From NCBI GenBank assembly GCA_024137785.1, contig JAHRHZ010000038.1, forward strand, positions 12,700,050 through 12,764,049: DNA of 64,000 nucleotides, in the 5' to 3' direction. Position 1 is the first letter of the stretch; every line of letters begins with the position of its first letter. This stretch comes from Ginglymostoma cirratum. Taxonomy: Eukaryota. The notes below the pieces were generated by a model, which made no database searches, was not told the origin of the DNA, and saw only the letters and a list, made by a program, of their open reading frames with translations. Of the stretch, positions 59,257-64,000 are shown in pieces. A program made the translations under genes and the position numbers.

Positions 59257-61668
59257 TCCTTAAGTTAACACTCCTTTCTTTACTTCAAGGGGTTTGGAGT
59301 ATAAAAGGAGGGAAGTCTTCTGCAACTACACAAGGTTCATATCTGGAGTAGTGTGAGCAATTTTGGTCCCCTTTATTTAAGGGAAGATAATATTTCATTG
59401 GAGGCAGTTCAAGTAGGTTCACAAGGATGATTCCTAGTATGAAGGGATTATTTTATGAGCAAAGATTATACAGGTTGAGACTCCAATCATTGGAAGTCAG
59501 AAGAATGAGAGGTGATCTCATTGAAACACGTAGGATTCCCAAGGGGCTTGACAGGGTAAATGCTGAGAGAATGTTTCCCCTCATACAACCGTCCAGGACC
59601 AGATAGCATAGTGTCAGAATTAAGGGGTACCAATTTAAGACTGAGATGAGAATTTCTTCTCTCAGAGGCTTGACAGTCTTTGGAACTCAATGCCACGGAA
59701 AGATGTGGGGGCAGCATCAATGTGTATATTTAATGCTGAGATACACAGATTCTTGATCAGTAGGGGAAATCAAAGGTTATGGGGAAATTACAGGAAAGTG
59801 AATATGAGAAGTGTGGGATCAGCCATGATCTTATTAAATGGCACAGCAGGCTCAAGGAGTAAAATAGCATACTCCTCTTCCTATTTCTTATGGAATTATG
59901 TTTTTTTTCTCCCATTTTGTCTGCCTTTTTAAAACATCAAGTACCCTCAGATATTTAGTTTCCAACAGTAGCCACTATGCAGCCACATTTCCATGACAGC
60001 TATTAGATTAAATTCATATAGCACTATTTGTGCCACTCATTTGTCTATATTGTTACAAATATTTTATGCATTCAGATAAGACACTCACCATTTTACCTAT
60101 ATCACTTTTCTCTGATTTGGCCTTATTCACAGATGCACAATTATTAAACTTATATACCATATTAAACTTTTAGTCTCTTATGTTTTTTTCTCTCTACCCA
60201 AATCAATGAAATGCTGCTTGGGATTGACTTTTTCTCTGGATTTCTGAGATACTCAATTAAAAGCTCACACCTAACATTTTAGTTTAAAGCCCTAATGATG
60301 CAATTTCCCAAGCCATGGTTCCAGCCCAGATTTTGTGAAATGTGTCCCAATAGAACAGTCCCCTGCTTTCCCAGTACTAGTGCCAGTGCCTTGTGCTCAC
60401 TGAAATCAAAATCTGTCTCCACATCACTCTTTGAGCCACACATTTGATGCTTTGACTGTTTAACATATGCTAATATTAAACATATTGATTATTATCTTGA
60501 GGTTAAGGTTATTAATTTTGACCTAATCTGTTCAAATTTCCTCCACAGAAATAAGCACAGATTACGCTGAAAATACTCTGCAATTCTGACAGAATTGTAA
60601 AGGCAGAAACACAGTTAAAATTTCAGGTCTATGACCTTACATCAGAACATAGGTGTTCTCAGTATTTGTTTTATATTTCCAATTTCCAGTATTTTCCTCA
60701 GTATTATCCCAGAAGAATCTCATTCCTTATTCTTTAAGTGTCATTGGTTCCTACTTGGACCATAACAAATGGATTTTCATCCTCTTCAGGTTCTGCTCCA
60801 GCCATAATAAGATGTCTTCCTCAACCCTTGCACGAAGCAGATAGCATAATATTTGAAAATCTTCTTCATGGCTACACAGAATAGTAAAAAAATCCTCTAT
60901 CTACACAGTCCCTGATAGGCATGACATTCATTGTGACACCCCTATTTAAATTACCTCCCACACAACGGTGTCATAAGCAGTTTGTTCACTAGCTGCAGAT
61001 TTTGCTGTCATCCACACAGGCCAAAAAAAATCTCATACACAACAACTCCAAAAACAAAGTTGCTGGAAAAGCTCAGCAGGTCTGGTAGCACCCGTGAAGG
61101 AAAAAGCAGAATTAACGTTTCGGGTCCAGTGACTCAAAACTTCCTCAGAACTCAAAAATCTCAAAACTGTTGGGTAACGGTCAGGTTTAAATTCCTCCAG
61201 CACTTTATCTGGAATTGCAGTCGCATACATCCTGCTTACTAGACCTTTGCTACTTCCTAACCAAAGGGGTAGGATAGCCTCCTGGATCAAAGTTCCCAGC
61301 TAACTCTCCCACTCCCTGATATCCTGCAATATATTCACTTTGGACTCCACCTCAATAACTCTGATCTTAAAGTTTTAGGCATTGCATATACAAGTAATTT
61401 ATTATATATGGTAGCACAATTGTGTGGAACAGGCCGAAAACCAGAGGGTATTTATCCATCTGTCAATGCTGATCCCCATTAGCTCTCGAGTCACAAACAC
61501 ATTGACTGCAAAATCCTGGTTCAGTCTCATCTCCATGTTGCAGTTTACATTTACCCTTTGTAGAGCTCTTGTTGAGATTTTACGCCTTGCCCTCCACTCT
61601 GCTATTACCACCAAAGACCTCAGTTGTCATGGCCCTACAGCCTGGAGCTCCTTCTAATGATACTCCGC

Positions 61669-61892
61669 TGTAGTGATTGGAACAAGGGACAGTTGGATCT
61701 CAGTGAGTATGAGATCCCTGATTAAGACTGGTAACTTTGGCAAATCAGGGAGTCCTATCTGACAGATAAAAAGGTGAGTGTCAGAGGTGCTGCTCACCCA
61801 GAGAGCTGACTCTGAGGAAGATGGATCAGTGTGGGGACCCTGCACGTGTATATAAAGTATGCTTTGATAGCTGTCTAGGTGCAGTTATTTCA
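61669..61892 (+). mobile_element. Short solo LTR (224 bp)
   Basis: TGtagtgatt...gttatttCA with flanks tccgc/tccac (5-bp TSD with one CpG-type change); homologous to 41849-42060. Confidence 0.75.
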
Positions 61893-62674
61893 TCCACCTT
61901 CCTACATCTGTCCTAATTTGTAAAGGTCTCTTTTAATATTGAACACTTCTGTCAAATCTAGCAGTTTGTGCTAACTCCTGCTTAGTGCCTAACAAAGCAT
62001 GTAATTATTTATGAAATTATTTTGAATTTAGATTTTGCAGGCCAGCAGAAGGAGGAAGCAATGACACGTCATATTGAAACAGTTATGCATTCTGACAGTT
62101 TTCACTTTCCTTTGTACTCCTCAAGGCATCTCTTCCCCAACCAGACACAGAAACTTTGACATTTTTATGCTCTTTTGTAAAATAATAGCACTGTGGAACT
62201 CGTAAGGAAGGTCAGGGATTTGCATAACATCTTGCCCTAAATCCTATCTATTCAGTCACCTCCAGCGTGTAGTGTCTGTGTGTTGTCCTTGGGCAACTAT
62301 CCAATTTTAGTAGTTTGTGATATCTCGGAGAAAGAACTGTGCTTTTCTTTCAAAAAAAATAAAAATAGCATTCTCGGCTTGTTAACATTTTAAGCAAGTT
62401 GTCGCTCGCCCTCCCTTTCTTTTCTTACTACAAAAGAAGTTGTTAACTTTATTATGTGTGTGAACAGACTGAAACAGCTGTCTTTCTGTTTAGCCTGCAT
62501 TCCACAGATAAGTGGACAGTTGATTCCCCGCAGCTGATATTCACAAAACTGACACTTACAGATAATTTATTGTGAAAATAATGTTTTTTTACTTTAAGAA
62601 GTTTTATTTTTTGAAAAAAAGTCAAATGTAGAATAAGACTTCAGTATGAAAAAGTTGAAACTTTCATCACTTAC

Positions 62675-62900
62675 CCCACAAAGTATTTCTCTCTCGTCTG
62701 CATACACGATCTTCACAGTTGTTACAGGAAGCTGCAACTGGAGGGGGAGGGATGATATTGTTATAGGCTCAATTTAACACAACCGCGGTTTGGTGTTTTC
62801 CTCTCTGCAAACTCAATCTAGCGATTTTTCACCAGAGCGGTGGGACAGGAGAGAGTTTTATCAGAATTGCTTACTCTCCTGTTTTCCTGTTGATGATGTC
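62675..62900 (-). promoter_or_regulatory. Candidate non-coding first exon and promoter of MOB3C
   Basis: Strong donor GGG|GTAAGTG at 62675/62674 within a repeat-free stretch with modest CpG retention (about 62.0-63.6 kb); ETS-like and RUNX-like motifs nearby. TSS not determinable. Confidence 0.5.
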
Positions 62901-63821
62901 ACATCCTGAGACAAATTTATCCTCTTCCCCATACATATGTATTGTTTCTTTTTCAGGGCTTTAACAAATGTTGGAATAAATAGTTCCCTTGGTTTGTTTG
63001 GCTCGATTGAAAGGAGTTAACTACCAAGGATGTAAAAGGGGTAATGTGGTTTCAGCAGTTCACTTCAGACCAAGTATTTTACTGTCTAACTGCTAAATGT
63101 CAGCTTTAAGCCTTCTTCATTTTTGTGCGCTGTTGAACATCAGATCAGGCATGTCCGGGCGATAGAAGACAGGGAGCCACACCCCTTAGCATTCTACTTC
63201 TCACAGTTTTATAAAATACTCAGCATTTTGCAATCTCATAAACAAACAGATGCATCTGATAACAGTTTTGAGAAAGTGCACCTATCGAGGTAATATTTAA
63301 TTTCTGTGAATGCAGTCCTCGCACAGTGCGTTCACTGAAACACAAGCAGCTGTAATATAGATCGACGCTTTAAAAAAGGACATTTGCAGTACTTGTGCGT
63401 CAGAGGCAAAGACCCATCCCTTACTAAACAAAATAAAGTCTGCATGCGCTTAAAATGAGTAGTTTACCACCGTTGTTATAACGCTGTTAGAATTTTTATG
63501 TCTTGTTTTCTTAGAGAGCCTCAGGAGAGTTGTGCCGTCTGGACAACACGTTTCCCCCATTTGTTCAAAATGTATTTTGAAAATCTTCATACAATTTTTT
63601 CTCTTATTCATCAAAATAAGGGAAAAATATATTTTAAAACTCAAAAACATTTCACAATAATGTTTAAATGTTACTGTTGGATTCCATTCTGTGTCTATTC
63701 ACATGTTTGTTTTTAACTTGAAGACTCCAGCACTTATTACAGGCCTAAGCTTGAACTTTGAACCACTATTATTTTGCAGAAATCTCCCAATCCTGTTTGT
63801 TATACTTCCATGGAATGAATA

Positions 63822-64000
63822 TCACTGGCAATGCTAGCATTTGATCCCGATCCTTGGTTAGCCTTGAGTAAGTGCTGGTGAGTCGCCATTTGCAGATGTA
63901 GACCATGTAATGTAGGTACACCCACAGTGTCATTGGAAGGGAGATTCAGGATTTTGATTCAGCAACAGTGAAGGTTCAGTGATGTAGTTCCAATTCAGGA
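63822..64000 (-). mobile_element. LINE 3' end (CR1/L2-like), truncated by the window edge
   Basis: gtaggtacacccacagtg...gggagattcaggattttgattcagcaacagtgaagg; the terminus resembles the reverse complement of the SINE tail at 18441-18480. Confidence 0.6.

Larger units (their letters stand above)
56968..61400. mobile_element. Mosaic of old CR1 fragments on both strands with PLE-derived inserts
   Basis: GYMTFKKNR...RGVALLIKDGI (plus strand, 56970-57490); ILEPTSEAFILDLVL (minus, about 58700); CR1 3' end (plus, 59285-59900). Confidence 0.7.

Overview
Vertebrate genomic DNA, almost certainly from a shark or other elasmobranch (inferred from HE1-type V-SINEs, abundant CR1 LINEs and Penelope-derived palindromes). 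About half or more of the window is degenerate repeat. One complete protein-coding gene is reconstructable on the minus strand: MOB3C, with coding exons 52673-52256, 34393-34191 and 25354-25325 (418+203+30 nt = 216 aa plus stop, all GT-AG). It has a candidate non-coding first exon near 62.7 kb and a long 3' UTR. A second minus-strand promoter and first exon lies in a CpG-rich domain at about 12-13.9 kb; by synteny this is probably MKNK1, but no coding exon was found here. The most striking signal is a set of Penelope-like elements (PLEs). Short (35-230 bp) non-coding, mostly palindromic insertions have 7-17 bp target-site duplications and carry minimal hammerhead-ribozyme cores (CUGANGA-N-stem II-GAAA-palindromic tetramer) from about four sequence families. 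One subfamily is very young (near-identical copies) and flanks the only assembly gap, and three PLE-derived elements are nested just upstream of the CpG promoter. Repeat boundaries were read by eye and are approximate unless a target-site duplication (TSD) is quoted.
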